From positions 1 through 44,255 of the IMG/VR virus record IMGVR_UViG_3300048576_000126: a stretch of DNA of 44,255 bases. One strand, written 5' to 3'. The notes beneath the pieces are model-generated. The model was given only the letters and a program-made list of their open reading frames with translations. It did no database searches and was not told the DNA's origin. The translations under genes and the position numbers were made by a program. Within the stretch, counting starts at the first letter, position 1; the number at the start of each line of letters is the position of its first letter. Shown here one piece after another: positions 24,820 to 34,378 of this stretch. Source of the DNA: a virus (taxonomy: Duplodnaviria; Caudoviricetes).

Positions 24820-25701
24820 TTACTCTGCGCCGTCTTCAGAGTACACGTCGAAAAGCTGTTCGCCATCGGCGCGACTCTGATCGATAGACGCTTCGTAGGA
24901 AAACTCAATCTTCTCCGCTCCGTCGGTGGTCTGCCCGAGGAAATTGAACTGAAACGCTCCGGAGGAAGGTGTCGCGTTGAAAATCTTGCATCCGCGCACA
25001 AGGCCAGTCGAATCCACATGAGAGAAATGGATGTCAAGAGGCTTGAACGTGAATGTTGACGTACCTCCCTTGAGGTGAGTAATCGCTGCCGATTTCCCGA
25101 CAACAGGAACTTCGTAAATGTCTCCCAGAACGAGAGCGGCCCCCGTGCCAACGGTGAACGTCAGCGTAACGCCGTTCGACAGCGTAATAGCCGTGGCAGA
25201 CGTCGGTGCAAACGTTCCGAGCGTTACCTCTGACCCATCGGTCGGGTAAAACGTCACGAGGACTTTCCCCGTTCCGCCGAGAGCGCCTGCGGTCGTCACT
25301 TTGGCGCGGATGGTTCCGGTTCTTCCGGTGTATGTTCCAGAGGCGGCGAGCGTCGTATCTCCGGTGTTCGTAGAAGCCGTTTTCACTTCTCCGATAGACG
25401 CGGCGGTAACAGCGGCATCAATCGATTTTGAAATAATCCCCCCGGAAACAAGCGCGATAAACTCAGGGTCTTTCGTGATCAAGGTTGTTTTCCCCTTGAT
25501 CTTCATCTCCTTCATGCGCTTCGCGATGATACCGGCGTTCCCGGATGAGACCTGCACATCTGACCATTCGAGCGAGTTCGTTACATCTCCGTCGATTACT
25601 CCGCCTTCGATGTACGGTCCGGTAGTACCCATAAGACGAGCGTCGATTTTGCACCCGTCAGGGAATGTCATATGTCCTGTTTTGGTTGTCTGATTAGGCA
25701 T
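24820..25701 (-). CDS. Major tail tube protein
   Basis: Position; Thr/Gly-rich inserted beta domain; no sheath gene present, so a non-contractile tail. Confidence 0.75.
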   Translation of the reverse strand: MPNQTTKTGHMTFPDGCKIDARLMGTTGPYIEGGVIDGDVTNSLEWSDVQVSSGNAGIIAKRMKEMKIKGKTTLITKDPEFIALVSGGIISKSIDAAVTAASIGEVKTASTNTGDTTLAASGTYTGRTGTIRAKVTTAGALGGTGKVLVTFYPTDGSEVTLGTFAPTSATAITLSNGVTLTFTVGTGAALVLGDIYEVPVVGKSAAITHLKGGTSTFTFKPLDIHFSHVDSTGLVRGCKIFNATPSSGAFQFNFLGQTTDGAEKIEFSYEASIDQSRADGEQLFDVYSEDGAE

Positions 25702-26094
25702 TTATTCCTCTCTGATTGTTACCGTCGCTTCGACGGGATGGTTGTAGGTGTCGGTCGAATCTGCGGGAGGGATCGACGCCTTGAGGACACACTTGATAAT
25801 CCCGCCGCTGAACGACACTCGATGAAGGGCTTTGGCGACCGCTGATGCGATCACTCCGGCCTGATATTGTGTTGCTGCTCTGCAATTGATCGTGTAGATA
25901 TATCCGCGCACCGCATCTCCGAGATTGACCGGAGAAGTCATGTAGTAGTTGATCACCTTAACCGCTGTCCATGCCGACGGAATTACCGAATCGGCAATAA
26001 GAGCCTTTGCAGTGTCCGTCTTTGAACGAGAGTCGAGGAGATCGGTTACGGATGACGTATTGAGTAGCGCGTATAATTCGGAGTTTCCGAACAT
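25702..26094 (-). CDS. Tail terminator-like protein
   Basis: Size and position; YTINCRAATQYQAGVIASAVAKAL pattern. Confidence 0.65.
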   Translation of the reverse strand: MFGNSELYALLNTSSVTDLLDSRSKTDTAKALIADSVIPSAWTAVKVINYYMTSPVNLGDAVRGYIYTINCRAATQYQAGVIASAVAKALHRVSFSGGIIKCVLKASIPPADSTDTYNHPVEATVTIREE

Positions 26095-26547
26095 TTAAAA
26101 TCCCTGAATTTTCTGACCTGTTTTGAGTGGTCCCGATGAACGAATCTTGTCCCATTTCTTCATGACTTCGACGACTGGCTTACCCTGCCCCCATATCGCA
26201 ATGGCCGGACGAATCATCGGATGTGCCGCCATCTTGCGTGTCCCCATCTCCTGATAAATCGCGTATTTGACATTTGTCCCGACGTACATTGTCAGCGGTT
26301 CGCTTTTCTCATGGAGCTTGTCGGCAGACGTCGCCGGTGATCCATCGAATCCGTATTCCTTGCCTTCCATTTGGAGCATGAGCGAGTTCATAAGGCGTCC
26401 CGTTGCTTTTGGTGAAAATCCGCTTGCGTAGCTCTTCGCCTCATTGACGATGTTTTCTCCGATTTCCATCATGCCTTTTTTCACCGTGATTTTTATCGGA
26501 GGAATAGGATCATTCCATGTCATTTTTACGTTTGGGTTTTGTGTCAT
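26095..26547 (-). CDS. HK97 gp10-like neck protein
   Basis: TGRLMNSL...VGTNVKYAIYQEMGTRKMAAHPMIRPA. Confidence 0.9.
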   Translation of the reverse strand: MTQNPNVKMTWNDPIPPIKITVKKGMMEIGENIVNEAKSYASGFSPKATGRLMNSLMLQMEGKEYGFDGSPATSADKLHEKSEPLTMYVGTNVKYAIYQEMGTRKMAAHPMIRPAIAIWGQGKPVVEVMKKWDKIRSSGPLKTGQKIQGF

Positions 26548-26891
26548 GTGAATTGCTTGCAGGGAATGACGATAGCCTCTCCCTGCCCTCCGACATCATC
26601 GGGAAGAATAACGCTGTATGTTCCAACCCCCTCGACGACCGCCTTTGTTCCGGATGGAACCTCTGCTGCGTAATCTCGGGGGCGGATCATCAGCGTCGCT
26701 ACGACATCCGGCTTCATGCGATCCGAGACATACTTCTGACTCGCCGCTCCGCGCACACAAATGCACTTCGCAGAGAACAGAACTGCCTCGACGACATTAC
26801 CCGTTTTCTGTCCGTCAATTTCTTTATCGACATTGACGTAAAACGTCACGGTCGCCGTTTTGTTGAGGTTGAAAAGAGTATCGAGAATCAT
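26544..26891 (-). CDS. Head closure / head-tail adaptor
   Basis: Position and size; start MILDTLF overlaps the upstream stop (ATGA). Confidence 0.65.
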   Translation of the reverse strand: MILDTLFNLNKTATVTFYVNVDKEIDGQKTGNVVEAVLFSAKCICVRGAASQKYVSDRMKPDVVATLMIRPRDYAAEVPSGTKAVVEGVGTYSVILPDDVGGQGEAIVIPCKQFT

Positions 26892-27412
26892 ATGACCTTG
26901 ATCATCGGAACGCTCTGATTGAGGAGCTTCCCGACAAGGTTCTGAAGTTTTGGGAAATACCATTGACCGTTTCCGTCGGCATATGTGACGCTTCCTACTC
27001 CCGAAACGCTCTGCGATGACACATGCTGTGTCGGAGCCTCAATATCCCTTCCCTGTATAATCAGACCGGCCATATAACAGGAGGCCTTGACAATGCAGTC
27101 GGGGACTTCATCGTTCGGTAAATACGACGGGTATATGTACGATGCACCCGGACGAACGAGGCTTGAGCGCGGGAATGAAAGCGATTGAGATGTCAGACGA
27201 CGCTCGCCCAAAAAATGGAGACTATCGATGTATTCTGTCGCGCGAATAAGGGCGGATGAAATATCGTTATCGGACTGGCCTTTGACGGTGTTATCCGAAT
27301 AATCAATATTCATGAGCGCCCAGTATTCGCGGAAGGTTTCGATGGATGCGTAGCTGTTCGCGTCTGCCTTTCCCGATCCGTCTTCAACGATCAATGTAAT
27401 GGTGATTGCCAT
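26888..27412 (-). CDS. Head-tail connector (DnaT-like family of phage neck proteins)
   Basis: LIVEDGSGKADANSYAS...ALIRATEYIDSL.F.G.R....QSLSFPR. Confidence 0.85.
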   Translation of the reverse strand: MAITITLIVEDGSGKADANSYASIETFREYWALMNIDYSDNTVKGQSDNDISSALIRATEYIDSLHFLGERRLTSQSLSFPRSSLVRPGASYIYPSYLPNDEVPDCIVKASCYMAGLIIQGRDIEAPTQHVSSQSVSGVGSVTYADGNGQWYFPKLQNLVGKLLNQSVPMIKVI

Positions 27413-27576
27413 TAAACGGTTTTCCACCCGAGGTCAATATGCTGTTGGAGCGCAACCGGATTGACACGGAGCTTTTCTCCGTTTTTCTCGATAGAGACAA
27501 GGCCGTCACCCTTAGAAGGGTTTTCGTCTTTTTTCTTTTCGTCTTTGACTGATTCGTCTTTTTCGTTTTCTGCCAT
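27412..27576 (-). CDS. Small head-associated protein (54 aa)
   Basis: MAENEKDES...VNPVALQQHIDLGWKTV; AAGGA RBS; follows the capsid gene. Confidence 0.7.
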   Translation of the reverse strand: MAENEKDESVKDEKKKDENPSKGDGLVSIEKNGEKLRVNPVALQQHIDLGWKTV

Positions 27577-27595
27577 ATCGTTATTCCTTTTTAAA

Positions 27596-27613
27596 GCGGG
27601 GATTGCTCCCCGC
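27596..27613 (-). terminator. Hairpin/weak terminator after the major capsid gene
   Basis: GCGGGGA-GCAA-TCCCCGC-TTT. Confidence 0.65.
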
Positions 27614-27624
27614 TGTTTCGCTCG

Positions 27625-28755
27625 TTATCCGAGGAGAATTGCGACGTGCTCAGGTTTCACAACCTTGAATCCCCATGCCGCATGGAGTCTCCAGGTCGTC
27701 ATGCCGTCGCCGACGATCTCGACAAGAGTGTAGACCATACCGTTTTCGTCGGAGATCTGCATCTTCTTCATCGTCGGGTTTTCGGGGAGATCGGGAGCGC
27801 GGAACACTCCGACGACTGACGAACGCTCGAATGCGAGATTCGGAACGTAAGAGGAGCCGATGGTCATTGCATTTGCCGTCGGGATGACTTTGCGTGCGCC
27901 GGGTTTATTGAGGCTGATCGTACCGGGAGCCGTAATCCCTGACCCGATGACGTATTTATTCGCGGTATCTGCCGCAAACGTAACCACATCACCCGCGAGC
28001 ACCGTTCCGGAACCGGTGACAAGTGCGATATCCGTTACGCCTGCCGCTGTTGCACCAGAGGTAACATACGCAGAACCTGCTCCTGCGGTGTGCGAGGAAA
28101 TTCCCGCAGATTCGCGCATTGCGAATCCGTACTGGCGGAGGAAATTTCCCGAACGACGTTCCGCATCACTGCCGGCCATCGCCGCCTGCTGATAGATGTT
28201 CAGATTGCGGAGATTGAGGCCTGCGTCGGAGTTGAAAACGACGGAGGGGTCAGTCAGCGGACATCCGTTGTCCTTGAGGATCTTACGGATATTCGTGAGC
28301 GCGGAAAGATCCGACGCGAACGGAGTCGTACCCGCCGTTCCGAATGCCCTTGATGCCCCGACATTGATCGCTGCGATTGCGTCTGCCTCCGCAGCGTTGC
28401 GAAGCGCTCGCATACCCTCTGCAATCATGAGGCGAAGCCATTCTTTATCGGATTCAGCATTCTGGAGAGAGCGCACCTGTTCACCTGTGAGATGCCAGTC
28501 GGTCTTCGCGTTTGCGGTAATCGTCACGGACACTGCCTCTGCCGTCTTGTCTGTACCTGCGGAGGGAGACATTGACGGAGTATACGCGCTGACAGCTGCC
28601 GCCGGAGCGATGGGAACTTTAACAACGTCGCCGATTGCAACGCCCTTGTTGTCAAAATCGAGACTGATTGCGTCGAGTGCGCCTGCGTCCTCTTTCGATA
28701 CAGTATCAGCCGCAGAAAACAGAATAGGAGCGAGCGCTGTAAATACATTTGCCAT
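27625..28755 (-). CDS. Major capsid protein (P22 coat-like family)
   Basis: MANVFTALAPILFSAADTVS...SRAFGTAGTTPF...AWGFKVVKPEHVAILLG. Confidence 0.9.
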   Translation of the reverse strand: MANVFTALAPILFSAADTVSKEDAGALDAISLDFDNKGVAIGDVVKVPIAPAAAVSAYTPSMSPSAGTDKTAEAVSVTITANAKTDWHLTGEQVRSLQNAESDKEWLRLMIAEGMRALRNAAEADAIAAINVGASRAFGTAGTTPFASDLSALTNIRKILKDNGCPLTDPSVVFNSDAGLNLRNLNIYQQAAMAGSDAERRSGNFLRQYGFAMRESAGISSHTAGAGSAYVTSGATAAGVTDIALVTGSGTVLAGDVVTFAADTANKYVIGSGITAPGTISLNKPGARKVIPTANAMTIGSSYVPNLAFERSSVVGVFRAPDLPENPTMKKMQISDENGMVYTLVEIVGDGMTTWRLHAAWGFKVVKPEHVAILLG

Positions 28756-28808
28756 GTTTGTTATTTCCTTGATTATTCATGCGGTTTCCCGCGAGGCCGG
28801 AAGCTCGA

Positions 28809-29516
28809 TCACTGTATTGATCCGCCTTCAGACATAAATTTTGCCTGAGCTTTCGGATTCATGCTGTTGAAGTCGGCTTCTGAAATTACTTTGATTCCCG
28901 AACCGGGAACATAAGACCTTGCCCCTGCTCCGGTATTGATAGGCCGCGGCATAAACGGTTTCCCATCATCGGACTTCGACCAATCTTTCGCGTAGTCTGC
29001 GAAGTCGGTGACAGACGTACCGTTATCGACGACGATTGAGGCATTGCCCTTTTCGTCGCGTTTGAGAATCACCGTGTCGCGGAACTGATTTGTGAGGACG
29101 CCGAAATATGCTTTGTCAACTCCCGCCCCTTCGAGTGCGGATCTGATGCGATCGCTTTTTTCCTTGTCCTCAAGGATCTTATTCGCCTTTTCTTTCTCGG
29201 CCTTCTCTGCGTCGAGCATCCCTTTGAGCTGCTTGATTTCGAGGGAGAGATTATCGAGGCGAGGATCTTTTTCCGGGTTCTTCATCTTTTCGAGCGCCGT
29301 TTTTACGTCGTCCGGATTGAGCTCTTTGAACGGCGTGAACTTCTGCTCGATTTCAGAGTTCTTTTCTTTGAGATTCTTAATCTCTCCGAGAAGCTCTTTG
29401 TTCTTGTTGACGAGCCCTGTGGTATCGCCAAGCCCTAGACCCTTGGCGATCTCTCCGACCGCGGCTTTGCCTTCGTCGGTTCCTACAAATTCCATAAACT
29501 GTTCTTTGGTAATCAT
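28809..29516 (-). CDS. Capsid scaffolding protein
   Basis: Coiled coil GLVNKNKELLGEIK; C-terminal 'ISEADFNSMNPKAQAKFMSEGG'; upstream of the capsid gene. Confidence 0.8.
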   Translation of the reverse strand: MITKEQFMEFVGTDEGKAAVGEIAKGLGLGDTTGLVNKNKELLGEIKNLKEKNSEIEQKFTPFKELNPDDVKTALEKMKNPEKDPRLDNLSLEIKQLKGMLDAEKAEKEKANKILEDKEKSDRIRSALEGAGVDKAYFGVLTNQFRDTVILKRDEKGNASIVVDNGTSVTDFADYAKDWSKSDDGKPFMPRPINTGAGARSYVPGSGIKVISEADFNSMNPKAQAKFMSEGGSIQ

Positions 29517-29639
29517 GTGTTCACCTTTGGTGATATATTTCATCCGGCGCGGCCGGGTGATTTCAAAAAGCAAATGGCGGATTATTCTGATCTGCAAAGA
29601 GCAGAGCTGTAACGATTGCGATAAATACCAGTCCCATTG

Positions 29640-30647
29640 TCATGCGGCGTCGTTAAACTGTGCGCGCCATTCGTCGTATGATTTGAACGAGAAAACTTCC
29701 TTCTCACCTGTGACCGGATTCGTTGCCGTTCTTGTGGCAGGGGTAACTCCATTGACGATGTTGAGATATGTGCATTTACATCCGATGTCTTCAGACGGTT
29801 CCCCAAATGCTCGCGGGTAGAGTGCAGAAAAACCGTTTGATTCGAACTCGTCATCGACTCCGATACGCTTCCCATCGAGGTGTTCATGTTCGGGGCGTGA
29901 GAACTTCGATACGTTCGCAACGTGCATCCACATCTTTTCTGGTTCGATGCCGTCTGATATAAGGTCCTGCGTATGAGCCCATTGTCCCGCGCTTGCTACG
30001 CGCATTGATTCTGCCGATGCGATACGAGCCGCTTTCCACCCCACCGTTTCAAAAATGCCGCTGATGTTTGATGCAAGATCGCGGATACCATCGCCTTTGA
30101 TGATCGACTGCGTGACGGCCTTTTCTATCGACGCGACGGCTTCCGATTTGCGCTCTGCGAGGAGCTTCGAGAGTGTGCCATATTTTGGGACGTAATTTGT
30201 CAGGCTCCCGTATTTCTTGATGATGTTGTCCGTGATTGCTCTTACCGCTTCGGCCTGCCCCGTAACCGCCGCCTTGACAAGCATCGGAGGGATCGTTGTC
30301 AGCGATATCGCCTGAGGGATAAACGCTGCGTGGATGTACTGCGTCCGATAGTACATATCTTTCATCGAGTCGGTTATGAGCGTTTCAGTCTGTGTGTTCG
30401 CGAGTTCTGCGTATTTGCTGATGTTCGCGTCGATGGAACGGAGAAGCGCCTGAAGCCTGTCCGCCTTGATCGCAGCGTTGTACCAATCAGCCTTGTCGAG
30501 TCCCGCAAATGACGCATAGAGACTGTCGAGTTCGGCTTTGATTTCCCGGTGCGCCTCGACGTAATTTTTCAGCATCGTCTTGATCTTCGCTTCTGCGGAT
30601 GCCGAGACGTCGGTGTAGGACTGGAGAACTGCGTCTTTATACGTCAA
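29640..30647 (-). CDS. Minor head morphogenesis protein (Mu gpF / SPP1 gp7-like)
   Basis: AARIASAES, KMWMH...SRPEHEHLDG, YP...GEPSEDIGCKC. Confidence 0.88.
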   Translation of the reverse strand: MTYKDAVLQSYTDVSASAEAKIKTMLKNYVEAHREIKAELDSLYASFAGLDKADWYNAAIKADRLQALLRSIDANISKYAELANTQTETLITDSMKDMYYRTQYIHAAFIPQAISLTTIPPMLVKAAVTGQAEAVRAITDNIIKKYGSLTNYVPKYGTLSKLLAERKSEAVASIEKAVTQSIIKGDGIRDLASNISGIFETVGWKAARIASAESMRVASAGQWAHTQDLISDGIEPEKMWMHVANVSKFSRPEHEHLDGKRIGVDDEFESNGFSALYPRAFGEPSEDIGCKCTYLNIVNGVTPATRTATNPVTGEKEVFSFKSYDEWRAQFNDAA

Positions 30648-32011
30648 AATGTGATCCCTGGTATCTGAGATTTATTCTGAGCGACCATCTTTGATGTTTC
30701 ATCAAGAGCGGCTTTTTCCTGCTCAATCGACCATTCGTTCGGATAAACTTTGTTCTTCTTGAGATTGTAGAAATAGGTATCGAATGACATCCTGCCGGCG
30801 GCGACTTCCTGCCCAAGCTCCGTAAGTTCTCCCTGTGTGAGTTCAGGTTCTTCAAATTCCGTGTTGACTGATACGGATACGGTTTCCGGGATCTCATCGT
30901 CCCAGACGCGCATTGTGAGAAATGCTTTCGTCAGCGCGTTTGAAATGGTGTTTGCAAGAGACGCGAGAGAGGCGTTGTCGCCCTCCTGATTGACTTCTGC
31001 GGTTGTTGCCGATGCAACGTAACGTCCGCGTCCAGATAGAAAAGAAGATCCGATCTGTGCGATCTCCTCTTTCTTCGAGGTTATCGCCTGGTCTACCGCG
31101 GCGGCAACCTGTACCTGCGCAAACTGAAAACTTCCACCGGTTGGGAAGGCGGCGATACCACCAATCGGGAAGGCTTTGCTCTGGTCCCATCCGACAGCTA
31201 TGCCCGTGGGCATCCCGTAATAAAAGAGCAACTGCTCGCGGCTTGCCATTGATCGGTAGAGAGACAAATTGACTTCGGCGACGGGATACATCGGGGACGG
31301 GTGAATGCGCTCCGGATGACCTTTGACGCATACGATATCAAAAGGGATGAAGCTGAGTGGATCTCCGTTTATGCCGGCCGTAGGGGAGATGGATTCGATT
31401 AAAGCGACATCGCCCTCTTTATCCCCTTCTTTGTAGGTGTCTTTTACAAAAAATCCGTTTTCATCGAGCCTGAGAACTATCCAACGTTTCTCCTTGATCA
31501 CATCAAACGATGCCGGATCAATCGACTCTTCATCGACCTTGAGAACGACAGACATCAGAATCTTTTCGCCGTTCTGATTGTATCCATAGTTCCACTTGAT
31601 GATGTTCTCCGCGTGAACGGCGACCATGTACGGGCGTTCTTTGGTTTCGCTGTAATCGTACCATATGCCCATTCTCTCAACGAGCATCAGCTCACGCGCG
31701 GTATGTTCGGCGAATTTCTGGAGCGAATTTCCGCAAAGGTCAACATCCTTCGCGATATCTTCGGGGATATCCGGCGCCTGTACGGGATTTCTGTTGAGCT
31801 GTCCTACGGCGAAATCAATGATCTTGTCAACGTATCCGACGAACACGGCACGATTCAGATAATCCAAATATGCGTTATCGGTCATCGTCCCTTTCGGAAG
31901 ATAGACTTCGGCGGCGTTCTTTACGCACAGAGAACCTTCCGCAACATCGCGCGTCTTCTTCCATGCGGTTGAATATCTGGTGTAATCGTTGCTCGGAGTG
32001 GTGAGTCCCAT
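30644..32011 (-). CDS. Portal protein (DUF4055-like)
   Basis: W...RDV.EG...VK.....YLP......Y..YL.RAVF; AENIIKW; VNLSLYRSMA. Confidence 0.88.
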   Translation of the reverse strand: MGLTTPSNDYTRYSTAWKKTRDVAEGSLCVKNAAEVYLPKGTMTDNAYLDYLNRAVFVGYVDKIIDFAVGQLNRNPVQAPDIPEDIAKDVDLCGNSLQKFAEHTARELMLVERMGIWYDYSETKERPYMVAVHAENIIKWNYGYNQNGEKILMSVVLKVDEESIDPASFDVIKEKRWIVLRLDENGFFVKDTYKEGDKEGDVALIESISPTAGINGDPLSFIPFDIVCVKGHPERIHPSPMYPVAEVNLSLYRSMASREQLLFYYGMPTGIAVGWDQSKAFPIGGIAAFPTGGSFQFAQVQVAAAVDQAITSKKEEIAQIGSSFLSGRGRYVASATTAEVNQEGDNASLASLANTISNALTKAFLTMRVWDDEIPETVSVSVNTEFEEPELTQGELTELGQEVAAGRMSFDTYFYNLKKNKVYPNEWSIEQEKAALDETSKMVAQNKSQIPGITF

Positions 32012-32053
32012 ACCCTCTGATATATACAGAGATCCGTGATATTCTTAAATTAT

Positions 32054-32278
32054 TTACATCATGCCTTGTTTTTTTGCGAAATAACGCATCTTGTCGCGGG
32101 CCGATCTCATCCGTGAGTATATCGTTTTTATCGGGGCGTTGAGGCTGTCGGCGATCTCTTTGATCTCAAGGCCTTCAAGATATTTTACGATTACCTTCTG
32201 TTCCGACTCTGAAAGCTGCTCTTTCGCGCGACGAATGAAGTCAAGGTCTGCGATTACATCGGTGAAGTCTTTGCTCAT
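32054..32278 (-). CDS. Sigma-70 region 4-like HTH protein
   Basis: QLSESEQKVIVKYLEGLEIKEIADSLNAPIKTIYSRMRSARDKM. Confidence 0.85.
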   Translation of the reverse strand: MSKDFTDVIADLDFIRRAKEQLSESEQKVIVKYLEGLEIKEIADSLNAPIKTIYSRMRSARDKMRYFAKKQGMM

Positions 32279-32607
32279 TTCATTTCTCCTGACATCTTTA
32301 CGACTTTCTCGACGAAAGAGATATTCTTGAACAATATCTCTGCCACCTTTCCGGCGATATTACAAGCTATTTCCTGCTGATTATCATCAAGAGCATTTAT
32401 CGTTCCTCCCTCGCTTATCACCTCATGGCCTATCTCATGCCCGAGAGTGCTGATCACATGGTCACGCCTCATCGCGGAATGGATCTTTATCCACCTGTCA
32501 GAATAACACGTTTCGCCCATTCGAGTGCCGTCTTTGCCGACATTGTCTTCGACCGTTACGACATACGGATTATCAAATATCCGAATTGTCCCTGCTTTCT
32601 TTTTCAC
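32275..32607 (-). CDS. Small HExxH metallopeptidase-like protein
   Basis: GETCY....IKIH......ISTLGHEIGH, with a downstream E (QQEIAC); GTG start. Confidence 0.75.
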   Translation of the reverse strand: MKKKAGTIRIFDNPYVVTVEDNVGKDGTRMGETCYSDRWIKIHSAMRRDHVISTLGHEIGHEVISEGGTINALDDNQQEIACNIAGKVAEILFKNISFVEKVVKMSGEMK

Positions 32608-33026
32608 GATATGCGCTCCGTTCTGAGATATGAATATTCCGTCAGCTTGTCCAGATCATCGACGCGCACGCCATTTGACAGCGTTACGCGCTTTTTCTCT
32701 TCGCCTTTTGCTCTCAGATATTCGCGAGCAATTTCGCGCGGTATCGAACATGGGCCGATGATGCACTGATTTATCAGGCTGTTTATCTGTGCCTGGATAA
32801 AGTATTTCGCGAATGACGGGAAATTGTCAGATCTTCCCGCATCGTACTTAGTGAGCGCAACGATTATTCCGAGACAAGCGCACTGCATCGCGTCATCGCG
32901 CCATTCCGCAGCTACCTGTTTGCATTTCCTCACGATTATCGGCTTCATCTCGTTTATCACGGCTTCCTGAGCGCGTTGGTCGAAACCCTGAGCTAGGCGG
33001 ATTGTTTCTTGATCGATCGTTATCAC
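32604..33026 (-). CDS. Sigma-70 region 2-like protein (no region 4)
   Basis: IRLAQGFDQRAQEAVINEMKPII...DDAMQCACLGIIVALTKYDAGRSDNFPSFAKYFIQAQI; GTG start overlapping the terminase stop. Confidence 0.8.
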   Translation of the reverse strand: MITIDQETIRLAQGFDQRAQEAVINEMKPIIVRKCKQVAAEWRDDAMQCACLGIIVALTKYDAGRSDNFPSFAKYFIQAQINSLINQCIIGPCSIPREIAREYLRAKGEEKKRVTLSNGVRVDDLDKLTEYSYLRTERIS

Positions 33027-34378
33027 ATGAGACTCCCTGTCGGTTGCAATGTTCGGCTTACGACGCCTGATTGCCCAGTGTCGGTCATAAAAGTAATTCC
33101 CCACACCAGCGAATCAAGCCTGTTCGGGCTCTTCATCCCCGGTATCCATTCGCAGAGCTCATCTTCCAGAGATGCAAACGACCCGACGTGATGGACTCTT
33201 CCCTGTTCATAGAGCGTCGATATCGGCTCCGCCCTGATCACCTTCCCGCGTGATGCCCACACCTTCGAATATGGAACATTCCGATCGATATTACGGATAT
33301 TTTCCTCTACGAGATCGCCCCCTTGGTTGACCTCTGCGACGATCCGGTCTGCGTTCCAGAACCGGTATCTATCAACGGCCTTTGCGCCCCATTCCCGCGG
33401 CGTTCCTCTCATTGTGGCATCGTCAAGGACGTAGTAATGAATCATATCCGGATGTTGCACGACGTCTGCTCTCGGTGCCGGGCCCATCCCGACGGGTATA
33501 ATCCCGTGTTCGTCTGAGTCCTCATCGTTTGAGACCGCCGGGTCCACGGGAATGATTATCCGGGAAAGTGTCGGCATCTGATCGGGCTTTATCCTACACC
33601 CGTCGATCCAAACCCTTTTGAAAAGGGCATTAGGGTTATCATCGAGAATTTCGCCGTTGAGCTCCTGCCGGCCGAGCCTCGTCCCCTCGTATTCTTTGAT
33701 CACCTGAGAAATAAAAGTAGGCGCGAGGTTCGCCATGTTATCGTATGTCGTGCCGCGGGTGATTATGCAGCGCGGATCTTTGACGAGCTTTTTCACGAGC
33801 GGTATCGGTTTCGGCGTCGATGTGAATAGCGCAAGCGGCATTCTTCCGAGGCGATGCCCAAACATGACGTTGCTGTACGTATCGTCCGGATATTTCCACT
33901 TGCAGAGCTCGTCGCCCCATATTAGATCCGACTGACTACCTCGGCTTTTCTCTGGTTCGGTTCCGTAAAATATTCGCGCTTTCGCTCCGTTCGGCCACAC
34001 GATGAGCTTCTTTGAAGGGATGTATTCCGGCATGAACCAGGGCGGCGACCACGCAAGTATTCCCGATTCGCCCTCGATCATATAGTCCCGGACCTCATCC
34101 GCTGCGGCGCCGATGAGCGAAACGTGGCGGTATCCATCGTTCTGCACCTTGTCGATTATCCATTCCGCCCCCGTGCGGTTCTTCCCAAATCCTCTACCGG
34201 CCTGAATAAACCATATGTCCTTGCCGTTCTTCCCGAGTCCTCCAGGTTGTAACTGATTCTCGCGCGCCCAGAACGACCAGTCGTAGAACATGGACGCCGC
34301 TTCGTCGTTGGAAAGGTGTTTTAAAAGATCAAGTTGCGTCTTTCTCGGAAGTGCGCGAAAATCACTTGCTGTCATCAT
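33023..34378 (-). CDS. Terminase large subunit
   Basis: AGRGFGKN Walker A, LIWGDE Walker B, TSTP motif, nuclease VDPA...EVNQGG...SPNRLDSLVW. Confidence 0.95.
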   Translation of the reverse strand: MMTASDFRALPRKTQLDLLKHLSNDEAASMFYDWSFWARENQLQPGGLGKNGKDIWFIQAGRGFGKNRTGAEWIIDKVQNDGYRHVSLIGAAADEVRDYMIEGESGILAWSPPWFMPEYIPSKKLIVWPNGAKARIFYGTEPEKSRGSQSDLIWGDELCKWKYPDDTYSNVMFGHRLGRMPLALFTSTPKPIPLVKKLVKDPRCIITRGTTYDNMANLAPTFISQVIKEYEGTRLGRQELNGEILDDNPNALFKRVWIDGCRIKPDQMPTLSRIIIPVDPAVSNDEDSDEHGIIPVGMGPAPRADVVQHPDMIHYYVLDDATMRGTPREWGAKAVDRYRFWNADRIVAEVNQGGDLVEENIRNIDRNVPYSKVWASRGKVIRAEPISTLYEQGRVHHVGSFASLEDELCEWIPGMKSPNRLDSLVWGITFMTDTGQSGVVSRTLQPTGSLM

